A DNA stretch of 64,000 bases from Octopus sinensis (Eukaryota): positions 162,192,001-162,256,000 of the forward strand of contig NC_043000.1 of assembly GCF_006345805.1 (NCBI RefSeq), read 5' to 3'. The stretch's first letter is position 1, and the number at the start of each line of letters is the position of its first letter. This document shows positions 26,291 to 39,811 of this stretch, piece by piece. The position numbers and the translations under genes were made by a program. The notes beneath the pieces were generated by a model. The model was not told the DNA's origin. It made no database searches and saw only the letters and a list, made by a program, of their open reading frames with translations.

Positions 26291-27589
26291 CATTCATGAG
26301 AAGAATGGAGAAGGATCAACAGCAGTTACAAGAAGGACAGCAACAGTTCAAGAAGAAAATACGGTCAGCATATTTCAAATTAGTCATGTGATAAATAACG
26401 TTATTTCTCCGAAACATATGAAGAAAACGAAAATCGCTACAGTTGATAAATTGGTAGAGTTTATATATAACTCTTCTTAATTTACTGTAAGAAAACTGTC
26501 AGATAATATATATTTCTCTGAATTTGCTAATAATGCACGTTGTGGTTAGTAGAGATATCTGTAAAGATTTGACGCCTTAGTAGACAAGAAATCGTGATGA
26601 GGAGTGACTAAGAATTTAGACACATATTTGATATGTACACTTAAGATTTCCAGATTATGTATTATCAAGTAACCTATGTTTGGATATCTAGAATCAGATA
26701 TCAATATTAGGAATAAATATGTTACTAAGATGTAGAAAAGACTAATGATTGATTTATAATAGCTTTCAAGTTGTAATTAAATGATAGCGTTTCTAAGATA
26801 TGGTTAACCCTATTGGAAATCCTTCCTCAATGATCTTAATTGGGAGTTGTAGGGACAGATGCATACCTGTGACAACCGTGGGTTTAATCTGATTATCCAC
26901 ATGTACTCTTTAATTATTTCGACATGATTTTATACCAACTACTACATCTGAAAAATGGAAAGTAGGTCACAATGGATTGGGGAAATTAATGAGTGTGTAT
27001 ATATAGTATATTGGTGTTCATGAAGTTAAATAAGGGACAGTCGACATCGATGGAATTAGAATTAATAACGTAAAAATGGACGAAATGCCTATGTCCAGCA
27101 TACCAACGATGCTTGCAACTCCCCGTCTTCGTTGCAGGATCACCCAACTATGTCAGCCGAGTAGACTTGAGCAGCATGAAATGAAGTGCCCGCTCCGTAA
27201 TCAAAAACACAATCTTATGATCCTCAGTTCGATATACTAGCCACTAAACCACCGGGCTCCACATGATTAAAATATATAATTTATATAGTAACACTAATCA
27301 ACAAAGTATGGCTACTCCTAAAAAGGCGCAGAGTTTGGATGCTTTCTATATTGTATGGTGGAAGATGAGTAAAGAAAGAAGGGTGTAAAAAATTCAAGAT
27401 GTGTAAAACTTAGAAACAAGTATTAAGTATAAGGTATGACTAAAGCAAAAGCCTAAAGAACGGAATATATACGTAAATGAGGGTAGTGTTACATAGTGAG
27501 AGAGATATAAAGGTAGAGACATAACTACCTCGATTCACAAGAAAAAGCAAGCAATGTGCATAAAATGCACACACACATTATTAAAAAAG

Positions 27590-27945
27590 AAATGTTTAGT
27601 CGTTTGACTGTGGCCATGCTGGAGCACCACATTTAGTCAAATAAATCGACCCCAGGACTTATTCTTTGTAAGCCTAGTACTTATTCTATAGGTGTCTTTT
27701 CGCCGAACCGCTACGTTGCGGGGACGTAAACACACCAACACTCGCTGTCAAGTGATGGTGGCGGGAAAACACAAACACACACACAAATATATACATATAT
27801 ATGCAACGTGCTTCTTTCAGTTTCCGTATACGAAATCCACTCCCGAGGCTATAGCAGAAGGCACTTGCCCAAGGTGGCACGCAGTGGCACTGAATCAGGA
27901 ACCATGTGATTGGGAAGCAAGTTTCTCAGCCACTCCTTCGCATGC
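27590..27945 (-). mobile_element. CORE-type tRNA SINE with internal (TA)/(TG) microsatellite
   Basis: The reverse complement contains CORE-like GCCACCTTGGGCAAGTGCCTTC and the tail GGTGCTCCAGCATGGCCACAGTCAAA. Confidence 0.85.
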
Positions 27946-27966
27946 ATATATATATATATATATATA

Positions 27967-28237
27967 AAATATGGTTATCCGTATAATGAGGGTGAATTAA
28001 TATAATTGGAAATAATTATCATTACACCAAGTAGTCCTTCGGCATGTAAAAGCCTCATTCGAGGAACATTTAAGTATACTAAGCAATAAAGGGTTTAGCA
28101 ACGAATTGCCTACACATACCGAATTTAGAAATAGCAGTCAAAGAGTTATAGCTATTTCTTCTAGCTATAACTCTTTACTGCTATTTCTAATTCGGTATGT
28201 GGTAAGGCAATTCGTTGCTAAACCCTTTTATGCTTAG

Positions 28238-28241
<4 letters not shown>
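27967..28241 (-). mobile_element. Penelope-like fragment with 80-bp 5' fold-back, flanked by (TA)n
   Basis: Arms 28075-28154 and 28162-28241 are inverted copies (a few indels) around the loop TTTCTTC, with (TA)n on both sides. There is a degenerate hammerhead-like motif on the minus strand at 28031-28066. The PLE assignment is inferred. Confidence 0.6.
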
Positions 28242-28302
<61 letters not shown>

Positions 28303-30865
28303 CACCAGAGAGGTGCAAAAAGCATACAGGTACTTGAAAACAACGTAACCCTTCCAATATATTTCTGTGCTCAAATCACATCTGGTCATTATCGTGCGTC
28401 ATCCTCTCCAACATGATGCAAAATGTCACTATATATGCTTATGCGAAATCTCAAATACCTGCTTCTTCTTTTTTATGCATAAGCCACCTGCCAAGTCAAA
28501 AGAAACCCGCCTTCGCATATTTTCTTACATGCGTATATACAAGTTTTTGAGTAAGCTGCTGCTAACATGGGTGCGCATACATTTGGGCATAAATTTCTAC
28601 GAATTTAGTGGTATATTATGTCTTTCCTTGGCACTTCTACAAGATAAATCTATGGAGTTTAAGATGGGATATATTGTAATTTACTGAAATGCTTATTAAA
28701 TATACTTAATTAGATACTTTTTTTTCTTATCTAATGTATTTTAGCAACAGTGCTTATCAGAAGAAGTGTTCAGGTCGGGGTTCGAGGCCTGAAGAGCCAA
28801 ACAGGAGCTCGTGATTATCTACTGAACCAGCTCCCTAAAAAGGGCCCGACAGCCTAATCAAATTTCTATTGGGAACCATGTTAGCCTGTGTTTCATTTGA
28901 TGGCCTGATAAGACAAATCATATCTTATTTTTAATAACACAAAATCAGAGATTTGTAGACCACAATTTATCACAGCTACTTATTCGATAGACATTGGGGC
29001 AACGAAAGATAAAGCGAATTTCGTTCTGTGATGGATTCTCCCATCGAAGACGACGTATGAGTGTTTCAGCTTTTACCGAACGACTGGCACAACTGATTTG
29101 TTCATAGTAATAAAATGTATGTGCTGTACATTTGAGGCCCACTCTCTCCTTCAAGTCGACGTTGCCTAAACAGGTGCGCCGTATGCCACGCGTCAGGTGT
29201 CGAAGTGATTATAGAGCAACGAGAGATGAAGTATTTTGCTCAAGAACACAACACACCGCTTGGTCTAGGAATTGAAACCACGACCACACGATCGTCAGTG
29301 CAACACTCTAGCCATCAGGCCATGATTAATTAGATTCATATAAAGTCCACGTTCACGTATTTCACGTAGTAATCGTTAAATAGCATATTAGATTTAAATA
29401 TGCAGTGAAGGAAAGCTTAATCAATGGTTAATATTATTTTAATTGTTCCAGCAAATACGTGAGATGACTACAGTTAGTCGTTTCGATATTATCATATTTC
29501 TTCCGCAGAATATAGATGCAACATAGTAGTTCACAAGATCTGCATCCTTGAGAAAGACGCACAGTACAGCTTTTGTTTATTCATAGGTCAGTCGTAATTG
29601 AAAATACTATGATCCGAGGCGTTCTACTGGGAATTATCCCATAATCTTTAATATATATTACATTACATATATCATTCAATATATCTTTCTGTTACTTTAC
29701 AATCATAATTTGTTTATTTAGTGATATTTGGCTGCTATTTCTAGCAAGCTGGGACTGGGTAGTTCATGGATATTGCAGTTGCGACTGAAGGGAGTAGAGT
29801 AAACATGTCACCTATTTTACTAGTGAGAACACTTAATACTGTATTGCCATTATTTAGCCCTAGGTCAGTCCTTACCAAACAACAGGCCTATGGTGAAAGG
29901 TGTGCCAGTCACTGCAATACTGCATTCATAGTGTATCTAAAGCTTGTCTAGATACACTATCATACTTATTCTTTTTCTAAGAAAATAGCGCGTGGTTAGT
30001 GATAGACTCGGTTGCGATTTTCTCGTCAGTGACTGGACTTCATTGGCTAAATCGCACACAAATCCTTATAATACACTTTTAACCATTACTTCATTTTGGC
30101 AAGCACCGTAACTGGTTCTGGTTTCTTTCCTTGGTATAGTAGAAGTAATTCCACTTCAATGACACCCTTGTTACCTTTGAGGTATAAACAGGTACATTCC
30201 ATGTCCATATTTTCGTCCGTTAATGTATAGGTACTCTGTGATCATTTTATGAGTCCCTTTCCGGATCAGTGTGTGTGTGTGTGTGTGTGTGCATGTGTGT
30301 GTGATGAGCTCATCTCCTCTTAGATATACTTGTACTTCCATCTAGTCCTTAATTCTTTAACCCCTTGCTCTAAAAGTATAGAGTTCTGATCGCAAGTCGA
30401 AAGAAAGGAAAACGAAATGAAGAGAAGGCTACTAAAGAGCAAGTCTGAGTTGCCCAGTTAGATAAGAAATCAGAATCGTTTAAGCCAGCGTAACGTTGAT
30501 TTCTGCATTGCCTACAAGTGATTATTGAAATATAGTGATGTTGATATCTTTCTCAGGAGCAGAATTAACGTAAGCGGACCGAGCTAAAGGGATATCTCAA
30601 TTGAATGTGAACCGTTGTTTTAGTTCCTTACTGCAATCTCATGCGACAGAATATAATTGATTTCCAGCTTGTGTACAAGGTCACACATTTTGGTAAAGGA
30701 GTTAGTCAATGATGTCGATTGATAATAGCTTCTGTAGTGTGGTGAGATACCAGCAAGCAACCAATAAAGCGGCGCATCCCTTTTCCGGTATAGTTTATTT
30801 CATTTAGGCCGATGAGTCTTCTTGGAACAACCTCAAAGTTATAATTCATTTGAAGCTGATATCTA

Positions 30866-31080
30866 ACCGTTAGATTCACTTCAACAAAAAAATTAAAATT
30901 TGCCAAAATATTTTCGTCGCTTTGAGACCGCGACCTGTTCACTAACAAAATTCCGTGCTACAAGGTTTACTTAACATTATCTGCTGCAGCACGGAATTTT
31001 GTCAGTGAACAGGTAGCGGTCTCAAAGCTATGAAAATATTTTGACAAATTAGATTTAAATGTTCAAGTGAATCTAGCCGT
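30866..31080. mobile_element. Fold-back MITE (~96-bp imperfect arms, 22-bp spacer)
   Basis: 30866-30962 is an imperfect inverted copy of 30985-31080, e.g. GCTTTGAGACCGCGACCTGTTCACTAACAAAATTCCGTGCT vs AGCACGGAATTTTGTCAGTGAACAGGTAGCGGTCTCAAAGC. TA-like flanks. Confidence 0.75.
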
Positions 31081-31259
31081 ATTTTGTTTTTTGTTTGTTT
31101 GTGTTTGTGTGTGTTTCTTAAATGGCTATAAACATCTTCCACGCTGCAAATGTTTTCGTTCCAGCACACGATCTCAGATCAGGTGACTTGCTATGCAAGT
31201 ACATCTCCGTAATATATATATGTGTGTGTGTGTGTTGTATAAATGTATATATTATATAT

Positions 31260-31295
<36 letters not shown>

Positions 31296-31324
31296 TATAT
31301 TATATATATTATATATATATATAT

Positions 31325-31359
<35 letters not shown>

Positions 31360-32683
31360 TTAAACAGAATTAGACTTCATACGTACATAAGTACGTACAT
31401 ACATACATACGTACATACATACATATATACATACATGCATTTGTTCCCTACTCCTACTCGTTTGGAAATTCTGACACCAATAAATATAAATTCTAACAAA
31501 CAGAACTGAAGGTTCATATTTTACAAATGCTTGAGGAATAATTAGAAAAAGGGACTTGACTGGATCAGGTATTTGTCCTTAGATTAAGTCTTAAAAGGGA
31601 AATCAGTGAAAGCATTTATCATTGTTAGGCAGAGTGCTCTCCATATATCTGTCATCAGTGAAGCCTTCAGGTATAATTAAAGGCCTTGTATCGATCAATC
31701 CTGCGAGGTGTTTAGTAATGTTTGCTATAATGATGTTTGCGCTACTTTTTCCTATACGAAGTTGCTGTCAGATATGGGTAAAATTTTGACACTTCGTGAT
31801 CAAAGTGATACGGTCAGTTTTGATTTGAATTTGTGTTTGAGATAATGCTTAGTAAACCTTGGTCAAAGTGTTTGATGGAGTGAGTAGTAATGTAATTTAT
31901 TAGCAGGTGGAAGACTCAAATAAAGAGAAGTGGTTAACATGTGGAGACAGGAAGTAAACGAGGATATGAGGATGGAGATTGTGAGGTGTGGAAATGATCT
32001 GTAAATTCTGACAGAAAAGAGGGAATGAGGAGGAGGAGGTTGGTGTGAGAGGTGGTGTCAAATGCATGTTACTGAAAGAAAGGAAGAGAGAGACGGGGGG
32101 AAGAGAGAAAGATGGTTGTTGTGAAAAGTGGAGAAAAGAAAGGATGCCAATGTAGGGCGCGTTAACCAATCCTGAGCTTGCAATATGTATACATGCGTGC
32201 ATGCGTGCATGCGTGCGCATATGTGTGGGTGCGCATATGTGTGTGCTTGTGTTCGTGTAAGTTTTATATCTATATATATATATATAGCACACACGTGCAT
32301 TCTTGTGTCCTGAAAGCAATTTCTGCATTGTAAACTTATCTTCCTCCGCACAACTAGTTGTTCCGTAAACCAGTCTCTTGTTACTCATGATTATCTTCAT
32401 CTTTAATAGGTCTTTCTTTATATGTTTTTATGGCATATTCCCTTCTATCACATTCTTAGACGATGTCTCTTGGGATAAGCAAACAGCAGTTTTAGATCAG
32501 AAATTTTATGGTTTCTTTCCTCTTATTTACTGCTTATTTTCTTTATTCTCTTTAGCTCTTATTTTCGTCAGATATATATGCGTGGAAGAACGTGTGTGTG
32601 TGGTGTGTGTGTGTGTGTGTGTGTGGTAAGACTAATAGGGGATACGCTGCAAAAGGGGATATCATTATGTGTGCGTGTGGGTG

Positions 32684-32733
<50 letters not shown>

Positions 32734-33205
32734 TGTATCTATGTATGTACGCATGTATGTAATAGAAGAGACTGAGAGGGAGTCTGCGACTGTGTAAACG
32801 TGTCAGTGAGCCTGTTGAAGACGATAAAAGAAAGAAAGGACCTAGGGTTGGGGGTTTCTATATGAATGTGTGCAAAGATGTGTAAGAGTATATTTATTAT
32901 ATCTGTATATATCTCAATATAAAGAATATACACACACATACATATATATATATATATATGTATATATATGTATGTGTGTGTATATAAATACACACACACA
33001 CAACTATACATATGTATTTATATATATATATGTGTGTGTCTGTAGATAGATAGATAGACTGATCAAAACGTATATTATTTGCTATGTGGATACATGCTCG
33101 TATACACGTACGCAATACGATGAATAAACACGCCTGTGTATGTGCGTGTGTGTGTGTGCGTGCGTGCGTGTGCGTGTGTGCAATGATTGATTGGCTAAAT
33201 GTATG

Positions 33206-33305
33206 NNNNNNNNNNNNNNNNNNNNNNNNNNNNNNNNNNNNNNNNNNNNNNNNNNNNNNNNNNNNNNNNNNNNNNNNNNNNNNNNNNNNNNNNNNNNNNN
33301 NNNNN
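33206..33305. other. Assembly gap (100 N)
   Basis: Run of 100 N between microsatellite-rich flanks. Confidence 1.
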
Positions 33306-33363
33306 TAGAAAGAGGGTAGATATATAGTTACATAATTAGATATGCCTTAGGCAAGCTCGTGTC

Positions 33364-33394
<31 letters not shown>

Positions 33395-34257
33395 ATATAT
33401 CGTGTATGGTGATTGTTACATAGATTCATGAATAGTTACAAAGTTACATAGAATATAAATATAAAATACACGCGTACATGCACACAAATGCATACACGTG
33501 TTTGTATAGATCGCGCATACATAGAAAAGAGAGCTAAAAGCCTGTGTGATAGACAAACGGACAGACAGACAGACAAGTAGATAAACAACTCGGTAGATAG
33601 TAACATACATAGATATACATGTGTATAATATTGCATGAAAATTTTGAAGAGATGGATGGATGGATAACTTACGTTCTTAGGAAGGTTATATATACGAGAG
33701 TAGTCGGATAGATAAGCGCGGAGTGTAGCTATCCACCAAGTTAGCTATGTTTTGTCATATAATATGTAGCTAACTGGAATATACGGATAGAAAGAACGAC
33801 AGATATACATGGGAATAGGTGATTGAGAAAGAGTGATGGGATGAGGAAGCGAGATCACCAGATAGATATGTGATAGATAGATTGATGATGGATAGATAGA
33901 TAGATATATAGGTAGATAGCTAGATTGGTTGGTAGATAAATAAGATAGACAGACGAATAAACTGGTTTGTTAGATGAATATAAGGTTACATGAATGGATG
34001 GCAGAGAATTTGAATGAACTACACACATATACACACACAAGCACTCACGCACAGATATCAACCACTACCACCACCACCACCACCGCATAAACACTATATA
34101 TCTGTGTGTGCGTGTATGTATATATATATACACATACACTCACACATACAGACACGTGTGCGTAGAGATATACAAGTAAATATCTGAATAAACTAAAGAA
34201 ATGAAGTTAAGTAATACAGTCACACGTGTGTATACGAAGAGAGAAAGGAGAGAAAAT

Positions 34258-34259
<2 letters not shown>

Positions 34260-34295
<36 letters not shown>

Positions 34296-34316
34296 GATGA
34301 TGATAGATAGATAGAT

Positions 34317-34389
<73 letters not shown>

Positions 34390-34405
34390 GGATGGATGGA
34401 TAGAT
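34260..34405. repeat. Compound (AGAC)n/(ATAG)n/(ATGG)n microsatellite
   Basis: Tetranucleotide arrays are directly visible. Confidence 0.95.
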
Positions 34406-34699
34406 AAGAGTGAAGTACACAAAACATGATAACTACACTACAGAGCAGCCATAGCCTGGCGTGCGAGTGATTTTAGACAGATAAAATTGGAAGGAAATAT
34501 GCAATTAGTGGTAACAACGACACACGACCGACAAGGGGTGTGTAATAACGTGCCGCCTGCTGTATACGTATGTGTGTACGTGTAAATACTCACTAGCGGA
34601 CAGCCTTTACAACGGTTACAAATCATTGAGCTTTGAGAATACCACGCCACAACATGCCGCAACAGCCATCCACCCCTTTCAACACAACCACACTATCAT

Positions 34700-34744
<45 letters not shown>

Positions 34745-35215
34745 TATATACATATCACCAGCAGATCATTATGGACACATGGGACCTAGCCGTGTACATA
34801 TACATATACACGTAGGTCATATATACTCAAACTCACACGTGCTCTTACGCAAATATATATATATAAATATATATATATGAATATTTTGCTGTAATATTTA
34901 ATCATGGGTTGATGCTTGGCTGTTTCTCTATTCTAGTCTTGTACCGCTCTGCTTATGCTTTTAAGTGTTTTGATTGCTTAATTATATTCACAATTGTATA
35001 ATTATTTCTATGTTAACTGTTTTAGATCGAAGACATACGCTTTTTTAACACCTTTTTTTTTCTTCTCTCGCGAGTAAATTCAAACGCAGGTCCATGCAAA
35101 TATATAGGCATATGTAAGGCAAATATGTGTATAATAGATATATTATATGGTTAGTACATGTTACACGAGGAAACTAAGAAAAGTCACACATGCGGTGATA
35201 CATACATACACACAC

Positions 35216-35261
<46 letters not shown>

Positions 35262-35519
35262 CGTGCACACACGCACACATCCACAAATGCATAACATGTG
35301 TAAATATATATATGTATATGTATGTATGTATGTGTATATGTATTGCTACATACACACACAAACTCACCTTAGCTTTGCTACTACTACTACTGGGGGTTGA
35401 TAGATGCCAGTGCCGTTGTAAAACCGTCGACCGACTGACTGGCTGCCTTACACTTCGTCTTGTAAAACGTCCGTATTAGAAGAGAGAGAGAGAGAGAGAG
35501 AGAGAAAGGCTGAGCTGAT

Positions 35520-36660
35520 TCGGTGGCAAAACACAAACCGACAGCCTCGTCACCGCCACCACCTTCTTCAACTTACACACATACAACTCTCCCCCCTCCA
35601 CTCTTCGCTCTTTTTCTTTCACTCCCCCCCCCACCCCTCCGATTATTCATTCCCCCCTCCCTCCCTTGTTGTTTCGCTCTTCCTTTCCCCCTTTTGTTTT
35701 CTTTTTATTATTATTTCTAGCCTTTCTCTTCGTTCTTCCCTTCCCCCCACCACCCCCTTCCTCCTTCTCCTCCTCCTCCTCCTCCTAATCTCGTATTTCT
35801 CGTTTTTGCTTTTCTCTTTCCTTCGTCTTTTCTCTCGTCACTTTTCCTTATCGCTCCCCCCCCACCACCACCTCTTTCATTCATTATATATTCTCTTCGT
35901 CTCTTTCTTTACTTTTGCTTTCATACTCTCCCTCTCTTTCTCTTTCACTCACCCTCTTTCACTCCCCCCTCTTCCTCTCACACATTCGTCCTCCCCCTTC
36001 TTTTATAATCTCTAATTTTCTTTTTCATCCATTCATTTTTCTATAACCATAACTACTCTTTCTTTTCTTCTTTTCTTTCCTTCATATCTACCCCCATTTT
36101 TCTTTTTTCTTCCCCCCCTTCTACTCCCACCCTTCACTATTTTCACTTTTTCTATCATTTATTTTTTCTCTTTCTCTTTCTCATATCTTACCCACAATCT
36201 TACATCCTCTTTCATCATTCTTTTCTTTCACACTTTCCTTCTTTTTCCTTCTTTTCCTTCTTTTGCACTTTCTCCCTCTTTCTCTCTCCAATCATTGTTC
36301 TCTATTACCCTTCCTTATCAACCCTAAATATATTTTCATTCTCTCTTTCTTTTTCTTTCATTCCTTTCATTCATTCCCTCTCCTTTATAATTTCCAATTC
36401 TTTCTCTTCGTATTCTTCATCCAGCTCCACACTTTGTCATTCCCTTCTCCTCTCTTTTATTAATTTCATTCGCACTATATTTCTTTCTTTCTCCTATCAT
36501 CATTCCCTTCACTCTTTCTTCTCTTTCATGCTTTCTGTTTTTCTTTCGCATTATTTCTTTCTTTTATATTTTTTTTCTTTGTTCGAGAAGCTTCACTTAT
36601 TCTCCTTTTCATTGTCATCGTTTCATTCATTTGATTTCTTCATATTTTTCTTTCATCTCT
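35520..36660. repeat. ~1.1-kb C/T-rich, G-poor low-complexity tract
   Basis: The plus strand is almost exclusively pyrimidines with sparse A. Confidence 0.9.
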
Positions 36661-36703
36661 TCTTTCTATCTCTCTGTTAATGTCTCATTTATGACGATTC
36701 AAG

Positions 36704-37097
36704 GCAACAGCAGCAGCAGTAACAGTAGTAGTAGTAGTAGTAGTATAGTAGTATTAGTAGTAGTAGTGGTAGTAGTAGTAGTAGTAGTAGCAGCAGCAGT
36801 AGTAGTAGTAGTAGCACAAGTAGTAGTAGTAGTAGTTACTGTTATAGTTGCAGCAGTAGAAGTAGTTGTAGCAGCAGTAATAGTGATGGTAGTTGTAGTA
36901 GTAATAGTCGTAGCAACAGTAGCAGCAGCAGTAGTAGTAGTAGCTGCAGCAGCAGAAGTATTAGTGATAGTAATAGTAGTTGTAGCAGGAGTAGCAGCAG
37001 CAGTAGCAGCAGCAGCAGCGGTAGCAGTAGTAAAAGTAGTTGTAGTTACGGTAGCAGCAGTAATAGTTGTAATAGAAGTAGAAACAGTAATAGCAGC

Positions 37098-37167
<70 letters not shown>

Positions 37168-37500
37168 ATATTACCTGTGCATGTTACGCACCTCCCTTCC
37201 GTTTCCCATTCCACCTCTTTCACCACCACCAACCACCACCCTCATCATTCTACCACTCACTACTGCTACTACTGCTACACTACTATTACTACTATTTCTA
37301 CTACTACTACTATTACTACTACTACTACTACTACTACTACTAAATTGATGCTGCGTTATCTATGTAGCAGGTGTTCTTATTCTAGCTTAGTTATCGGTTT
37401 AATCTTTAGTAGTAGTAGTAGTAGTAGTAGTAGTAGCAGCAGCAGCAGCAGCAGTAGTAGTAGTGGTAGTAGTAGTAGTAGTAGTAGTAGCAGCAGTAGC

Positions 37501-37539
<39 letters not shown>

Positions 37540-37543
37540 TGTT

Positions 37544-37577
<34 letters not shown>

Positions 37578-37672
37578 CGGCAGCAGTAGCAGCGGCGGCG
37601 CGTGCAGCAGCTGCAGCAGCAGTAGTACTATTACTAGCAGTAGTAGTAGTAGTAGTAGAAGCAGTAGTAGTA
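36704..37672. repeat. ~1-kb compound (AGT)n/(AGC)n trinucleotide array with an internal inverted (ACT)n block
   Basis: Directly visible. It explains the spurious poly-V/S/T ORFs at 36631-37918. Confidence 0.95.
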
Positions 37673-37866
37673 AGTGCTGATAGCTGTGAAAGCCAGCTGT
37701 GGTTTGATGTTAATGTTATTTATTCGAAAAGCCAAACGTGTTTAATAAGATTGATCAGGACTGGGCCGTCGAGACAATGTGATATCTATGCTTCCTCAAG
37801 AATGTTTGAAGCAGTGTATAACACTATTTATATGTGTGTATATATGTATACACACACACACACACA

Positions 37867-37909
<43 letters not shown>

Positions 37910-37969
37910 CACACGTGAGTGGACAAACGAAAGAAAAGGGCACTTAACACATTTAGTAAAAGTTACATG

Positions 37970-38376
37970 GGATCTTTTCGGTTTGAACGGCAGTTTTTTT
38001 CTAGCCGTGTCATATGAAATTGTCACCCATAATTATGACCCTAGTATCGATTTATTGCATTTCAATCTATTTTAGGGTTAGGGTTAGGTTAGGGGTGGGG
38101 GAGGGTATCTTTTTTTTCTTCACAAATGTAAATAAACCCAATCTGTTTCTTAAACGCGGCACAGAATGTTGTTTACCTCAATAGACGTCAGTGATTGGTT
38201 GAAATTGTAGAAACTGAAGAAAAAGAACAACAAATATCTTACAAACTATAGAATTTTCTCAATAGAGCCAAGAGAAAAAGATGTTTTATAAACACATTCT
38301 ACTAGTATACGAAGTTTAAAATTTTTTAGTTACCTAGAAATTATGTTAAAAACTGCCGTTCAAACCGAAAAGATCC
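37970..38376. mobile_element. Second copy of the Merlin-like MITE
   Basis: Same 29-bp TIRs and internal sequence as 21662-22073. Flanking 8-mers GTTACATG / CTTACGTG match 6/8. Confidence 0.85.
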
Positions 38377-38504
38377 CTTACGTGTATTATTTAAAACAGT
38401 TTGATTCGGTCCCAAGCTACTTCAAGTTTCGGAAGTCCTTAACGGGAGCCCGATTCCTTCAGGCTTCTGGAATGCTAAACAAAATATATATATATTTAAT
38501 AAAC

Positions 38505-38682
38505 TGAGTGGAACAAGCTGCCAGACGAGATGGTAAAGATGCCGACGACCGCTTTGTTCAAAGCCTCCCTGGACCTCAAGTGGCCTGAACTCTTTACATG
38601 AACACCACCCTGTACTTAACTCCATGTCCCCCTACATGGCCTTGCTATTTGCTTTTGAGCCAAATTAACTAACTAACTAACC
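38505..38682 (+). mobile_element. CR1/L2-like LINE extreme 3' end with (TAAC)n tail
   Basis: Translates to WNKLPDEMVKMPTTALFKASLDLKWPELFT*, the typical WN.LP..V.......FK..LD end motif, followed by TTAACTAACTAACTAAC. Confidence 0.75.
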
Positions 38683-39431
38683 AATAACAACGTAAGGACA
38701 GACCTTGGTTTCCAATCGGTTTTCCTGGAATTAAGTAAATGAGAGAGACAGATTACTTCCTGGACAGGTGTTTAGTCTATCCCTGGTTACTTTCACAAGT
38801 TCTTAACACGTGTTCTATGCTCGCTTTTCTTCTTTCAGTAGATCGAAGTGGTTGATTGCCCAACTTGAAGAACTGTAAGTTAGTGATTGCAGGAAATATA
38901 TGGCGAGGAAGGATTTCTTGAGAGTTGAGGCTCCGTGAAAGAGGGATTTGAACATAAAAATTAAGTTATAGTTGTACAGTCCCAGATACATATCCGATAT
39001 TCCTTTGCGGGTCTCACTCAGTGGAGTTTCCGGCATGAAACGATATAATACAGGTTTAATACATATATAAATGAATACTAATAACAAATAATATTTTTGT
39101 AAAAATCTTTTATTTTAAAGGTAAGACAGCTGGAAAGAGGGTACATGCATGCGGAACTCTTACTTGGCTCTGACTTAAATAGCAAGAGTCGCCAACTGCA
39201 GTTTTATAGAGAGTCAGATGGAGTATTTTCTATCCATGGAGTGTAGAAAACAATTTGAATTGTATGTCGAGTTGTTTACTTGTTTCAGTCATTGGACTGC
39301 AGCCATAGTGGGACTCCGTTTTGAGGGATTAGGATCGAACAATTTTATTTTCTTTTTGAAAGACATTCTATCGAACCGCCAATGATACGGGTCGTAAACA
39401 AAGTAACACTGATTGTCAACCACACACACAA

Positions 39432-39554
39432 GCATGGCGGTGTGGAAAGAAGCTGGCTTCCCAGCCACATCGTTTCGAGTTCAGTCCCACTGCATGGCAC
39501 CTTAGACAAGTGTTTTTTTTACTTTGGTGGAGGGAAACTGGAAGAATCCCGTCG

Positions 39555-39585
<31 letters not shown>

Positions 39586-39738
39586 TTGTGTCTGGGTTTT
39601 CTCACCCACCCACCCACCCACCATCGCTTGACAACCAATGTTGGCTTGCTTCCCAGCCACATCGTTCCGAGTTCAGCCCCACTGCATGGCATCTTGTGAG
39701 TGGATTTCGTAGAGGGAAACTGAAAGAAGCGCGTCGAA

Positions 39739-39811
<73 letters not shown>

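Larger units (their letters stand above)
26940..28550. repeat. Local segmental duplication, copy B, interrupted by a CORE SINE and a PLE-like fold-back
   Basis: CTACATCTGAAAAATGGAAAGTAGGTCACA start and GCAAAATGTCACTATATATGCTTATGCGAAATCTCAAATACCTGC block are shared with copy A. The insertions occupy ~27580-28300. Confidence 0.88.

Noticed and set aside
28779-28805. CTGAAGAGCC...GCTCG hammerhead-like start
   Set aside because: The GAAA core is absent (GTGA) and there is no stem III.
36631-37918. Long ORFs (349, 177 and 151 aa) of poly-V/S/T
   Set aside because: Translations of (AGT/AGC)n microsatellites.
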